This document shows, piece after piece, positions 27,300 to 38,854 of a DNA stretch of 64,000 bases; position 1 is the first letter of the stretch; each line of letters starts with the position of its first letter. The position numbers and the translations under genes are program-made. This stretch comes from Eledone cirrhosa (taxonomy: Eukaryota), in assembly GCA_964016885.1 (NCBI GenBank), contig OZ024743.1:240498001-240562000 (forward strand), read 5' to 3'. The notes under the pieces were generated by a model. It searched no databases, was not told the DNA's origin, and saw only the letters and a list, made by a program, of their open reading frames with translations.

Positions 27300-27449
27300 G
27301 ATCAGTCATTCACACCGTTTGGTTGGATGCTAAAACACAAGAAAACCAATAGAAAATTGTAATTACATTGTCAAAGATTCATTTCAGGTAGTTCAAAATA
27401 CGCACATCCAATCTATTAGATGTCGATGTCAAAATTGTTGTTGCATTTT

Positions 27450-27812
27450 ATGTGACCTGATTATTGACAGTTACAATGTTACACAAAGCTACACTATGAC
27501 ATTGTCTGAGACCTGGTCACTGACAGTTATACTGTTTGACTATCAGTGACCTGATCACAGACACAGTTACACTGTGTTACGGTATGTGACCTGGTCATTG
27601 ACACAATTATACTAACACTATCTGTGACACTGACCATTACAATGTGACACACTGCCCCAGTTACATTGTAACACTGTTTGTGACCTGGTCATTGACACAG
27701 TTACATAGTTACAGTGACACTCTCTATTACCTGGTCTCAAACTTGGTTGCACTATGAAATTGTCTCTGACCTGTTTACTGATGAGGTCACACTAACTGTT
27801 TTGAAACACAGT
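27450..27812. repeat. Degenerate about 40-bp tandem repeat (TGTGACCTGGTCATTGACACAGTTACAC...)
   Basis: About 8 imperfect units, each with GACCTG and ACAGTTAC-like words. Confidence 0.65.
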
Positions 27813-28028
27813 TACTGGTGAGTTTTTATAAAACTGTGTGTGCTCTTGGTTTTTGAAAACGTTTTCCATTGGGGGATAAAAAAATGTTATTATTAAATAA
27901 CCATTTGGTCAGTAAACCAACTGATGAATGAATTAGTTACTTGAATTAATAATAAAACCAAACTCATGCATATATTTTTATAGTCAGCGTGACCCTTCCA
28001 AAATAAAATTATGTATATATTATATATA

Positions 28029-28360
28029 CAGTGGAACCTCAGAACACAAATGCCTCTCATCACAAACAAATCAGTTCATGAACAATTTTTCTAAACACAA
28101 AACATCTTAGGTGATGAATGGTGTCTTGCAAGTTGACAACAACAGTTGGTGAAAAGCTTGGAGTATCAGCTGGAAAGTGTTAGTTGCTGTGTAATTAGTT
28201 ACTATGGAGATATCTATCAGTCCTTTACAAACAGTCTCTCTCTCTCACAGTATTTCTCTCACAACATTCCATATGGGAAAAATAAGATTCATTTTATGAA
28301 CATTTTGGGTGATGAACAGCCTTCAGGAATGAATCGAGTTCATGAACTGAAGTTTCACTA
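28029..28360. mobile_element. pogo/Tigger-type (Tc1/mariner) MITE
   Basis: TA-CAGTGGAACCTCAG...CTGAAGTTTCACTA-TA imperfect TIRs, no ORF. Confidence 0.6.
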
Positions 28361-28364
28361 TATA

Positions 28365-28446
28365 TAATGAAGGAGGTGTGGTAAGGAACCAGATGGACCA
28401 TAATGCACCAGAGTACTCAATACTGAGGGTAGTAGAGTGGGTAATA
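28365..28446 (-). mobile_element. Tail-only copy of palindromic family P
   Basis: Reverse complement of 29719-29800, flanked on both sides by TA repeats. Confidence 0.8.
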
Positions 28447-28614
28447 TATATATATATATATATACAGTATTTTCCGTTGTGTTGTAATATAAATATTACA
28501 CACAGTAGATTATCAGCTCACGTAGAGTTTGCTCGACGGTTCCAGTTGTAGTTCCAAAAGTAATCCGGAGAAAAATAGAAAGATTTGAATGGATACAGTT
28601 TAGTTGAAAGGAAT

Positions 28615-28734
28615 TTATTGACACGTGTTTCTATAACAGTTACATAACCTAAAACAGCTGCTATCTACAAACTTTTAGTTATGCAGACATTCAATATTTC
28701 AATGTTATTATTTACTGTCATTTCATCAGAATAA
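28615..28734 (-). ncRNA. Type I hammerhead ribozyme with long stem-II insertion (H4)
   Basis: Minus strand TTATT-CTGATGA-A-ATGACAGT...(about 70 nt)...ACTGTTAT-A-GAAAC-ACGT-GTC-AATAA. Stem I TTATT/AATAA, palindromic stem III ACACGTGT, GUC site. A-A mismatch at the base of stem II. Confidence 0.65.
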
Positions 28735-29427
28735 TATTACTGAGGACCTATTTAGTTTTTATAGAGAATATTAGGAGGGAGGGGTGAAGTTGTTAGAAGA
28801 ATAGTTGAAGGAGTGGTTTTTCGATAGCAGTGAGAATTCTTGGTGGCAGTGAGTAATTAGATTCCCATCTGTTGTTTTGACATTTTTTATAGAATATATT
28901 ATTGGTTATTTTTCTAAATCTATAGAAGGATTAGAGATAGTAAAGATATGCGTGGTTGGTTTTGTGTTTGCACTTAATTAACATTCAGACTTAAATTTTT
29001 CTTTCAAGTGTACGTATCCTTTCACCCACGCATTCACACACAAATAGATTTGCACACCTCTACAAAATACATATACTCACAATTCACATATTCATACTTA
29101 CATATATATACACATGCATACACATATATATACACACATGTATTCATGTACATACATACGCGCTCATGTGTATACATTTTCATACTCAACTTATCTTTAT
29201 ATACACACGTATAGACACACACATATATACATACATACTCTAGTCCATGTGTACACACATACACATACATACACATCTATATACACATATATACATACAT
29301 ATATATATATATTATATATATATATATAAGCACTTTAATACATGAATACACTTACATCTAACTATACACATCAAACATATATATATATTTACTTATTTAT
29401 ATACATTTTCACATATATATACATACT

Positions 29428-29485
29428 TATGGACGTTTTTAGACACATTCATTATCGCATATTTGCACCTATTCTCATCAGCATA
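29428..29485 (-). ncRNA. Probably inactivated hammerhead motif (G12 to A)
   Basis: Minus strand TATG-CTGATGA-gaa-TAGGTGCA...TGTGTCTA-AAAAC-GTC-CATA. Stem I TATG/CATA, palindromic ACGT stem III, wobble-rich stem II. Confidence 0.4.
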
Positions 29486-29522
29486 TCTTTCCATTATTAG
29501 TGTGGTAATTTAAGGTTATTAA

Positions 29523-29610
<88 letters not shown>

Positions 29611-29619
29611 TGTATATAT

Positions 29620-29800
29620 ATAGGAACCAGTAAGACCCCGACAGCTGAGCTCAAGCCGTTTCGACGGCTAAGCCGTCGAAACGGCTTGAGCTCAGCTGTC
29701 GGGGTCTTACTGGTTCCTATTACCCACTCTACTACCTCAAGTATTGAGTACTTTGGTGCGTTATGGTCCACCTGGTTCCTTACCACATTTCCTTCGTTAT
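29620..29800 (+). mobile_element. Palindromic family P element: perfect 50-bp-arm inverted repeat plus 80-bp tail, inside (TA)n
   Basis: 29620-29669 is the exact reverse complement of 29671-29720, with a 1-nt spacer. Homologous copies are at 63689-63901 and 28365-28446. Confidence 0.85.
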
Positions 29801-30310
<510 letters not shown>

Positions 30311-30329
30311 TATATATTTATATATGTAT

Positions 30330-30520
30330 GTAAAAAGTAAACAGAAATAAAGCAAATGACACACTACATTCAAGAAATATATTTGTTTAACGCTTGAAAT
30401 AACAGGAAAAGAGTCTTAACGTTTCGGACTATTGTCCTTCATCAGAAGATAGAATTAGAAATAAGAGATGAAAACAGGAAGATAAAGAGTAGGAAGAGGA
30501 AGAAATGGAAATAAATATTG
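30330..30520 (-). mobile_element. Family H1 hammerhead-bearing PLE-end relic
   Basis: Homologous to the 9050, 19852 and 32545 copies. The 3' end abuts microsatellite. Confidence 0.75.
30414..30449 (-). ncRNA. Minimal type I hammerhead ribozyme (H1), intact core
   Basis: Minus strand TCTT-CTGATGA-A-GGAC(aata)GTCC-GAAAC-GTT-AAGA. Stem I TCTT/AAGA, stem II GGAC/GTCC, loopless palindromic stem III ACGT of the dimer type typical of PLE hammerheads. Confidence 0.8.
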
Positions 30521-30957
30521 TATATTCAATGGAATACAATTTTTAACACAATATCTTACTTTCTTCTTGCCTTTCTTTCCTTTCTTTTTCTTTTTTTTCT
30601 TTCTAATCTCCTTTCTTCATGAAACTACCATTGCTATAAATAACAGAGTACCTTCTACTAGTCATCACATAAAACTCTATATGTACTTGTTATAGTTTAA
30701 TTTCTATGAGTTTTTGTTTTGTCTTGTCTTTTACTCCATAGAAAGCACTTTGGCTTATGTCATACGCTGTGGCCCTGGGTGGACCAGCAGTACAGTCGGT
30801 AGGGGTCAAAACTGCTAGACGTCCATCTCGACGGTTGAAGGCCCTGGAGTTTCTGTCTTTTATTTCTCTTTTTGCCTTATTTTTCTTCATTGTCTTCTCT
30901 TTGTTAATTTTCCTATATGGAAAATGGACTTTAAATGGTGATACTGTTGCTGCTGAT

Positions 30958-30992
<35 letters not shown>

Positions 30993-31033
30993 TTCGTTTC
31001 TGAATTTGTTTAGCAAGATTCTTTATCTGACCC

Positions 31034-31646
31034 TTGTATAGGAGCAGATTTTGGAATAGAATAGAAAGAACTAGGAATAAGGTTAATAGAATAAACTCAT
31101 GGTATGATAGCAATAAATACCAGAGTGTAATGTTCATCAATACAACCCCTAGAGGAGAATTAGCTTACAAATTTAGAAGGGCCCTAGATAAACTCAATAT
31201 TAAGATAGTAGAAAGACCAGGTACGTCCATAAAAACACTTATTAGCAATACATACCCTTTTCAAAGACCTCCCTGTATAGATAAGAAATGCATAATCTGT
31301 AAACTAAGCCCCCATATTAACTGTAAAACTAGAAATGTAGTATATAGCATAAGATGTACTGAAGGACAATGTAGAGATAAGAATATAGTGTACATAGGTG
31401 AGATAGCTCGTAGTATAGGAGAACGGATAAATGAACACTGGCGAGAGCTTCAAGATAGAAAAGAATCATCTGTACTCCACCAACATGCTAAAATAGAACA
31501 TAAGGGTAAATTAGAGAACATAGAAATAAAAATAGAATCTACACACAGAAAAGACGCAATGTTTAGAGGCAATAAACATAAATGAACTCCAACCAAAATT
31601 AAATAGAAAACATGAATGGAATAGCAACATCACAACTTACAATTAA
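31034..31646 (+). pseudogene. PLE RT thumb/linker plus GIY-YIG endonuclease (possibly Naiad- or Neptune-type), frameshifted near the C-terminus
   Basis: Cys linker CIDKKCIIC, then NCKTRNVVYSIRC...C...VYIGEIARSIGERINEH...LHQH...H. After a small deletion at about 31565 the frame continues EAININELQPKLNRKHEWNSNITTYN*. Clade assignment is tentative. Confidence 0.85.
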
Positions 31647-31839
31647 GAACAAAATGAAAACACACACACATATAGAACAAACAACCAGTAACATGTAAAT
31701 AAACAAATAAATAAACAAATATAAACACACACAGACACCCGGATGTAAAACATGTGCAAACTAAGCACACAACACACACAAAAACAAGATGGCGTAGGAC
31801 AACAAAGGAGAGGCACAAAAACAAAGAAAAGAATCCCCA

Positions 31840-31882
31840 GTCACTGAAGAGGTCACAGAATGTGTGACGAAAGAACTTTGAC
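31840..31882 (+). ncRNA. Minimal type I hammerhead ribozyme (H2), intact core
   Basis: GTCA-CTGAAGA-G-GTCACA(gaatg)TGTGAC-GAAAG-aa-CTT-TGAC. Stem I GTCA/TGAC, 6-bp stem II, stem III AG/CT, CUU site. About 195 nt downstream of the endonuclease stop. Confidence 0.8.
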
Positions 31883-32544
31883 AATATATGTACAACCATC
31901 CGGTTGTGGAACCAACCAACCGGAAATTTATAAATTCTTAAATTTATAAATTTAACTTATAATAAATTGGAGTGAAAGCAACTGGTGCGTGTGTTTCTTA
32001 TTGGCAACATGACCCTCCCAAAGCATAACAATATATATATATATATATATATATATTGCTGATATATATATATATATATACACAGATATATATGTCAGTG
32101 GACATTCTAGCTTACTCAGGCTTGGCAACAACAGATCAAAGGCATATATGATAGTTGGCTTTTTCACTCCCAACTCCATACATTTTATGACATAGCTTCT
32201 GTATTTGACTGGGCTAAATTTTAGGAGCCCAAGCCAAGCTAATTATGTTCTCTCTGTATATCACAAGTTGAAACAAAGTTATTTTGCCTTGAAGAAATAT
32301 CGAATTAAAATCATTTTATTCTTTAGTAGTTCAGACAGGAATTTGTCAGTCCAAGCCACACCTTTGGCTCTCAGAAAATATTACAAACTAAGAATGAATG
32401 TAGTGTTCTGAGATATTTCTTATTATACTGAAATAAAAAGACTTGGCAGTTGAATTACTTGGCCAAGGCCCACATAGCCTGAGTGTTCAAGTTGCCACTG
32501 ATATTATTTATCTCCAAAAAATGTCTTTCCGTTTCTGCCCTGCC

Positions 32545-32722
32545 CGTCTCCTCAAACTTTCTATTTCTTCTTTAATTTCTCATTCATTCTTCTGATGAGA
32601 GACTAGCGTCCGAAACGTTAAGACCCTCTTCCTGCTATTTCAAACATTAAACTAATATATTCCTTCTGTGTACTGAGCAGTTTGTTTTGTTATTTTTCTT
32701 ATTTCCGTTTACCTTTAACATA
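32545..32722 (+). mobile_element. Family H1 copy with hammerhead at 32588-32623
   Basis: TCTT-CTGATGA-G-AGAC(tagc)GTCC-GAAAC-GTT-AAGA, with one stem II mismatch. Flanks align with the reverse complement of 30330-30500. Confidence 0.75.
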
Positions 32723-32946
32723 TATATTGATAGTCGATCGACTTTCGTCAAATCAGACCGAGGAAGCAATGTTTCCATTAGTCTTTCAAATTGCTAATAC
32801 TTTCTATCGGTCGCAACTCCAGGTAGAAGGAGCAATGTGAAATAAAGTGTCTTGGCTAAGGACATAATGCATCGCCCGGTCTGGGAATCGAACTCACAAC
32901 CTCACGATTGAGAGTCCAATTCTCTAACTACTCAGACACATGCCTT

Positions 32947-33031
<85 letters not shown>

Positions 33032-33091
33032 ATATATTGTTTCCGAAGAAGACGGTCCGATCAAATCTATACATGAGGTCTGATAGTGTAT

Positions 33092-33432
33092 ATCATTTCA
33101 TCATTTCATTTTACGTCCACTTTTCCCTGCTTGCAAGGGTGGGACGGGAACTGATTCTGGCTTCATTTCTACAGCTGGATGCCCTTCCTAACACCAACCT
33201 CATTTACAGTGAGTGGTGGGTGCTTTTTTGCCGTGGCACCTCCACGACCACTTTGCAGTGGAATGATAGGGACTCAAGTCCCTATCATCTCATTTCTACA
33301 GCTGAGTAAACTGGAGCAATGTGAAATAAAGTGCCTTGCTCAAGGAAACAACACATCACCCGGTCTGAGAATTGAACTCACAACCTTTCGATTGCAAGGC
33401 CAATGCTCTAACCACTAAGCCATGTGCCTCCA
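33092..33432 (-). mobile_element. Full-length composite SINE, second copy
   Basis: Highly similar end to end to 5845-6187. Confidence 0.85.
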
Positions 33433-33492
33433 TATATATATATTGAAAACAAAGCAAGGTTTCACATTAAGGTCTTTATTGATTATACATAG

Positions 33493-33588
33493 TTGCGACC
33501 GTTTCACAGATGGGTGGCTTAGGATCTATATAAATGTGATAGACCTGACTCCAGCCTAATCTGCTCTTTAGACTTGTTAATCAGGCAA
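33493..33588 (-). ncRNA. Degenerate long-stem-II hammerhead motif (H5)
   Basis: Minus strand TTGC-CTGATTA...CAGAT...ATCTGT-GAAAC-G-GTC-GCAA. Stem I TTGC/GCAA, core G8 mutated. Confidence 0.45.
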
Positions 33589-34195
33589 AGCCAAAATCTC
33601 ATCTAACTGTATCCGGCACCAGATGATGTACACACACCACCAAAAATGGATATTGATCAATCAGCGCACAGACACCCATCCATGCATGCACTCACATACA
33701 TACAGTCAAGCATGTATGTATGTGACGATACACACACACATACCTATGCAAAAAAAAATACATACTTATACATACACATTTATGTATATACCCACACCTA
33801 CATACACATATATACATATACACTCTTTATATATATATATACATATACACTATATATATACATATACACTATATATATACATATACACTCTCTCTATATA
33901 TATATACATATACACTATATATATATATATATTATATATTAATTAGAAGAACAGATTAAAGAATTGCTGCTTTCACCCTTAATGGGATCTTATATATATA
34001 TATATATATAAGATCTCGTTATATATCCCGCGGCTGAATTACCGGTCACTATCTTCAATTTGCCAAGCCCTTTAAACGTAATGTTATTACTCTAAGGTTT
34101 TATACCTTATCGAGTGCTTCGCTGCACTTCTGATTGCATTCGTTGGCTTAGCTGCGGCTCGAGCTTCGACTATGCTGTACTTCCTATCTCTGTGT

Positions 34196-36300
34196 CAGAG
34201 ATAGTTGTGATGTCATTGGAGAGAAGTGTATCCGGAATGATAAAGGTGAGCCTGCCCTCACAAGTGCTGAGAAGAAAGTTGCATGGAAGAGTCATTATGA
34301 TAGATTACTAAATGAGGAGAATGCATGGGAAGAAGAGACCCTACCCCAAGTAGACCCTATAGAGGGACCAGCAGTACAAGTCAGCAGCAGCGTAGTAAGT
34401 AAGGCAATCAAAGATATGAAGATGGGGAAGGCAACCGGTCCATCGGGTATAGCTGCCGAGATGCTGAAGGCATCTGGGTCTGTAGGTCACACTATAACCA
34501 CATGTATCGTTAACCAGGTAATACTAGAAGGGGCCATACCAAAAGATTGGTGCAGTAGCATCATTGTCAACTGCTACAAAGGTAAAGGCGATGCATTAGA
34601 TAGAGGAAACTATAGAGGTATAAAGTTGATGGACCAGGTCATGAAAGTAACAGAAAGAGTTATAGCACAGCTGATTAGGGACCGGGTGAAAATAGACGAG
34701 ATGCAATTTGGGTTTGTACCAGGAAGAGGCACCACTGATGCCCTCTTCCTTGTGAGGCAATTACAGGAAAAGTACCTAGCTAAAAGTAAGCCACTCTACC
34801 TGGCATTTGTCGACCTTGAGAAAGCCTTTGACAGAGTTCTACGTGCTGTAATCTGGTGGGCTCTTAGAAAACTAGGAGTAGATGAATGGCTTGTGAAAGC
34901 GGTACAAGCCATGTATAGGGGAGCAGTCAGCAAAGTTAGGATTAGCAATGAGTATAGCGAGGAATTTAGCGTACAGGTTGGGGTCCACCAGGGCTCTGTT
35001 CTTAGCCCTCTCCTGTTCATCATAGTCCTGCAGGCAATAACGGAGGAGTTTAAGACCGGATGCCCATGGGAACTCCTGTATGCTGATGACCTCGCACTCA
35101 TAGCTGAATCTATGGTAGAACTAGAGAGAAAGGGTCTCAAAGTCAACATGACAAAGACTAAGGTCCTTGTAAGTAGACGAGAAAACAGAACCCAGATCCC
35201 CTCAGGGAAATGGCCTTGCTCAGTATGTAGGAAAAGTGTAGGTAGGAACTCCATTCTCTGCCCCAAATGCAAACAATGGGTACACAAGAGATGTAGCGGG
35301 ATCTCAGGAAGCTTAATTAAGAATGTAGGATTCACATGCAGCAGCTGTGCTGAAACAGCAAGCAGCAAACAGTACCACCAATCTCTGGGAGGGCCCTGTA
35401 GAAACAGTAGACAGCTTCTGCTACCTAGGTGACCGAATTAGCAACGGAGGTGGGTGTTCAGAAAGTACAATAACTAGGGTAAGAACGGGATGGAAGAAGT
35501 TTAGGGAACTACTACCACTGCTAGCTGCAAAAGGCTTCTCCCTCAGAATGAAAGGCAGACTGTATGATGCGTGTATCCGAACAGCGATGTTGCATGGTAG
35601 TGAGACCTGGGCGTTGAAGGTGGAAGACTTACGTAGATTAGAGAGAAACGAAGCCTGCATGCTCCGATGGAAGTGTAACAGTAATATACGTGAACGACAA
35701 AGCATAAATGAATTGAGAGAGAGACTGAGCATAAGAGGAATCAAATGCTGTGTGCAGGAGAGGCGGTTGCGCTGGTATGGACATGTGATGCGTATGAAGG
35801 ATGACAGCTGCATAAAAAGATGCAGAGCACTAGAAGTTGATGGAAACCGCGGAGTGGGGAGACCCAAGATGACCTGGGATGAGGTGATAAAAGCCGACCT
35901 TACCCAATTACACCTCTCAAAGACAATGACACACGACCGTGACTTCTGGCATCACGCAGTAATACAGAGTACCCGACCTCCCATGGGTACATGCTGAAGC
36001 ATATAAACAATATGCCCCCAAACCCCCCACCGCAAGGTGGTCATGGAGGTGCCACGGCAAAAAAGCACCCAGCCTACACTGTAAAGTGGACGTGTAGGCG
36101 CCACGAAAAAGCACCAAGCACTCACTGTAAATGAGGTTGGTGTTAGGAAGGGCATCCAGCTGTAGAAATCAAGCCAGATCAGTTCCTGTATGAGCAAGGC
36201 ATGGTCAGCCGACCAGACACTGCACACAACAGGACAACCCGTCTAACCCATGCTAGCGTGGAAGAACGGACGTAAAACGGTGATGATGATGATGATGATG
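34196..36300 (+). mobile_element. 5'-truncated RTE LINE with RT, PHD-like finger, long 3' UTR and (GAT)n tail
   Basis: ORFs 34416-35432 (GNYRGIKL, QFGFVPGRGTTDA, FVDLEKAFDRV, GVHQGSVLSPLLF, LYADDL) and 35347-35997 are joined by a frameshift. Confidence 0.95.
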
Positions 36301-36353
36301 AATCCTTATCGAGCACTCTTCGGATTTTAGTCTTTACATTTATTATTACTATA

Positions 36354-36406
<53 letters not shown>

Positions 36407-38854
36407 TTACTAGTGAGGCAGCGGGACAGGCTGATAGTGTCTAATACGAAGGCATACCCTGGGGAAGAATGTACCCCACAGCATAGGTTAGTCGTTAGTG
36501 ATATCTCAGTAGTAAGCAAGAGATGGAATGAGACATACAGGAAGGTGTGGAGAAGAAAGGTCTGGAAGCTAAAAGACCTTTCACTAAAATACAAATTTAG
36601 GAAAGCCCTTCAGGATGTATATGACGAAAAAGATGTATATGATGTATATGACGATTTAGAGACATATGACATAGATAATAACTGGAATTTCTCACGTGAC
36701 AACTTGCTGCAGGCTACTGATGAAACTTGTGGCTGGAGCAGAGCTCCAACCAGACAGAGAGTGACCTGGTGGTGGAACAGCACAGTAGATAAGCAGTAGA
36801 TAAGGCCATTAAAGACAAAAGACTCGCATGGTAGGCTTGGAAAAAGGGTGGGAGTAGGGAAGAATATACAGCCGCTAAGAGAGAAGCTAGACGTCAGGTG
36901 TACTTAGCACGCAGGGAGGCTGAGAGTAGGAGGTTTGCCAATGCTCTGCGACGGGAAGATCAGAGGCATGCGGTGTTCCACATTGCAAGGCAGTGTCTCA
37001 ATGCAAATCAAGATGTTGTTGGAGATAAATGTGTCCGGAACTTAGTGTCACGAATGATCAGAAAAAGGAGGCCTGGAAATGTCATTATGAGAGACTGATG
37101 AATGTGGAGAACGAATGGGAGAGAGAGAAATTAACCTTAGTAGATCCGACAGAGGGACCAGCTATTGAGATTGACGAATATAGGGTCCAAGAGGCGATTA
37201 AGGAAATGAAAAATGGTAAGGCTGCTGGACCATCGGGAATAGTTGCTGAGATGCTGAAGGCATCAGGGGACATAGGCACTAAACTGGTTGCACGCATCAT
37301 TAATCAAGTGGTGTCATACCCAAAGACTGGTGCAGCAGTATTCTCATAAATTGCTACAAAGGTAAAGGGGATGCTCTGGAGAGGAGTAATTTTTGGGGTA
37401 TAAAACTGATGGATCAGGTTATGAAAGTGACAGAAAGGATATTAGCACAACTAATTAGAGAAAGGGTCAAACTAGATGAGATGCAGTTTGGTTTTGTGCC
37501 TGGGAAGAGTACAACAGATGCCCTATTCTTGGTGAGACAATTGCAAGAGAGGTTCTTAGAGAAAAATAAGCCACTATACTTAGCCTTTGTTGACCTAGAG
37601 AAGGCCTTTGATAGGGTACCCCGATCTGTCATCTGGTGGTCCCTAAGGAAACTAGGTGTTGAGGAATGGCTTGTGAGGACAGTGCAAACTTTGTACAGAG
37701 GTACTCTCAGTAAAGTCAGGGTAGGAATGGAGTTTAGTGAGGAATTCCAGATACAAGTAGGAGTACATCAAGGTTCGGTCCTCAGCCCGCTCTTGTTCAT
37801 TATAGTCCTCCAAGCCATAACAGAGGAGTTTAAGACTGGCTGTCCATGGGAACTTCTCTATGCTGACGATCTGGTTCTTACAGCAGAATCAGTAGAGGAG
37901 CTAGAGAATAAATTCTGGCTATGGAAACAGCAGTTGGAAGCAAGAGGACTGAGAGTGAACCTAGCTAAGACAAAAGTGTTGATGAGTAGAAAAGAGGACA
38001 AAACTCTGATTCCGTCAGGGAAATGGCCATGTTCGATATGCAGAAAAGGAACTGGCATAAATTCTATAAAATGCACACAATGCAGATCCTGGGTACACAA
38101 GAGATGTAGCGGGATAGCAGGCAAACTAACAGGTAGGGAGAAATATGTATGCAGTACATGTACAGGGAAATTAGACAGTAGAAGTCGCATTGATAGACAC
38201 ATTTTTCAAATGCAGGAGGATGCTATAGAAGTGGTGGATAGCTTCCGGTACCTAGGAGATCAGATTAGCATGGGAGGGGGGTGTTCCGAGGCCATAGTAT
38301 CTATAATAAGGATGGGTTGGAAGAAGTTTAGGGAGTTGCTTCCTCGGCTGACGAAGAAGGGTTTCTCCCTGCGTACGAAAGGCCGGTTATATGATGCCCG
38401 TGTGAGGAGCGCGATGCTGCATGGTAGTGAGACATGGGCAGCAACTGCAGAGGATATGTGACGGCTGGAGAGAAATGAGGCAAGCATGCTCCGTTGGGTG
38501 TGCAGTGTAAATGTGCATGAATGACCCAACATGAATGTGTTGAGAGAGAAACTGTGTCTGAGAGGGATAGAATGTAGTGTACGGGAGAGGTGACTGAGGT
38601 GGTATGGACATGTGATGCGCATGGAGGATGACCGATGGGTGAAGAAGTGCCAGGAAATGCCAGTTGAAGGAAGACATGGTAGAGGTAGACCACGAAAAAC
38701 ATGGGCGGAGGTGGTGAGAACAGACCTCAGATCGTTGAAGCTCACGGTGGGGATGACGAAGGACCGTGACGAGTGGAGAGAGGCTGTGCTGAATAAGACT
38801 CGTCCCACTCTTGCAAGCAGGGAAGAGCGGGCGTAAAATGATGATGATGATGAT
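36407..38854 (+). mobile_element. 5'-truncated RTE LINE, second subfamily (APE C-terminus, RT, PHD-like finger, very short 3' UTR)
   Basis: QHRLVVSD (end of APE), RT ORF 37409-38461, several stops and frameshifts, (GAT)n tail. Confidence 0.95.

Larger units (their letters stand above)
30991..32035 (+). mobile_element. 5'-truncated Penelope-like element (H2) inserted in (TA)n
   Basis: (TA)n on both sides, GIY-YIG ORF remnant, hammerhead in the 3' region, and an inverted copy of the distal tail at 30991-31031. Confidence 0.85.

Noticed and set aside
27774-27818. CTGATGA...GAAAC hammerhead-like words
   Set aside because: Stems I and II do not pair, and the sequence is part of the 40-bp tandem repeat.
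31034-31646. Selenocysteine recoding, as reported for some Naiad PLEs
   Set aside because: The Cys positions in this fragment are ordinary Cys codons. The TGA at 31583-31585 results from a frameshift, and I recognised no SECIS.
30330-32722. H1 copies as terminal inverted repeats of one element enclosing the GIY-YIG ORF
   Set aside because: The copies are clearly diverged from each other and also occur alone elsewhere. The PLE has its own (TA)n-bounded ends and its own hammerhead.
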